Of a DNA stretch of 32,000 bases, positions 29,083 to 32,000 are shown in pieces. Source of the DNA: Pseudomonas aeruginosa (GTDB lineage: Bacteria > Pseudomonadota > Gammaproteobacteria > Pseudomonadales > Pseudomonadaceae); the NCBI RefSeq assembly GCF_001457615.1, contig NZ_LN831024.1:990001-1022000 (forward strand), written 5' to 3'. Every line of letters starts with the position of its first letter. The first letter of the stretch is position 1. The notes under the pieces were generated by a model. It saw only the letters and a program-made list of their open reading frames with translations. It made no database searches and was not told the DNA's origin. The translations under genes were made by a program, and so were the position numbers.

Positions 29083-32000
<2,918 letters not shown>

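Overview
This window is GC-rich (about two-thirds G+C by eye) gamma-proteobacterial core chromosome. Gene content and order match what I remember of Pseudomonas aeruginosa, roughly PAO1 PA4020 (mpl) down to PA3986, read in reverse; this comes from memory, not a search. I support 33 protein-coding calls, 32 intact or partial CDS and one pseudogene. They are mpl, ubiX, a YceK-like lipoprotein, an NAD(P)-binding protein, a MORN-repeat/C13-peptidase lipoprotein, a MaoC-like dehydratase, lrgA/lrgB-like genes, a stand-alone Lon N-terminal-domain protein, a DedA-PAP2 fusion protein, an Mpg-type 3-methyladenine glycosylase, a SAM methyltransferase, an alpha/beta hydrolase with an extra C-terminal domain, proA-nadD-rsfS-rlmH-mrdA-rodA-sltB1-rlpA-dacC-ybeD-lipB-lipA, a LysR regulator divergent from an epoxide-hydrolase-like gene broken by an in-frame TAG, a second MltB-family lytic transglycosylase, and leuS-lptE-holA. 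There is also a 50-codon arfA-like gene that falls below the ORF-track size cutoff. I found no tRNA, rRNA, CRISPR array, IS element, integrase or defence island, so I cannot support a large undescribed multi-gene system here. The best leads are (1) the unlisted arfA with a terminator-like hairpin inside its ORF, (2) the DedA-PAP2 fusion, start/stop-overlapped with a DNA glycosylase, (3) the MORN-C13 lipoprotein, (4) the hydrolase with a PilZ-like tail next to an LCMT-like methyltransferase, (5) the amber-interrupted hydrolase under a LysR palindrome, and (6) a 575-bp spacer holding a short MFS-transporter-like remnant. Most long ORFs on the track that lie antisense to these genes are GC-driven shadow ORFs.
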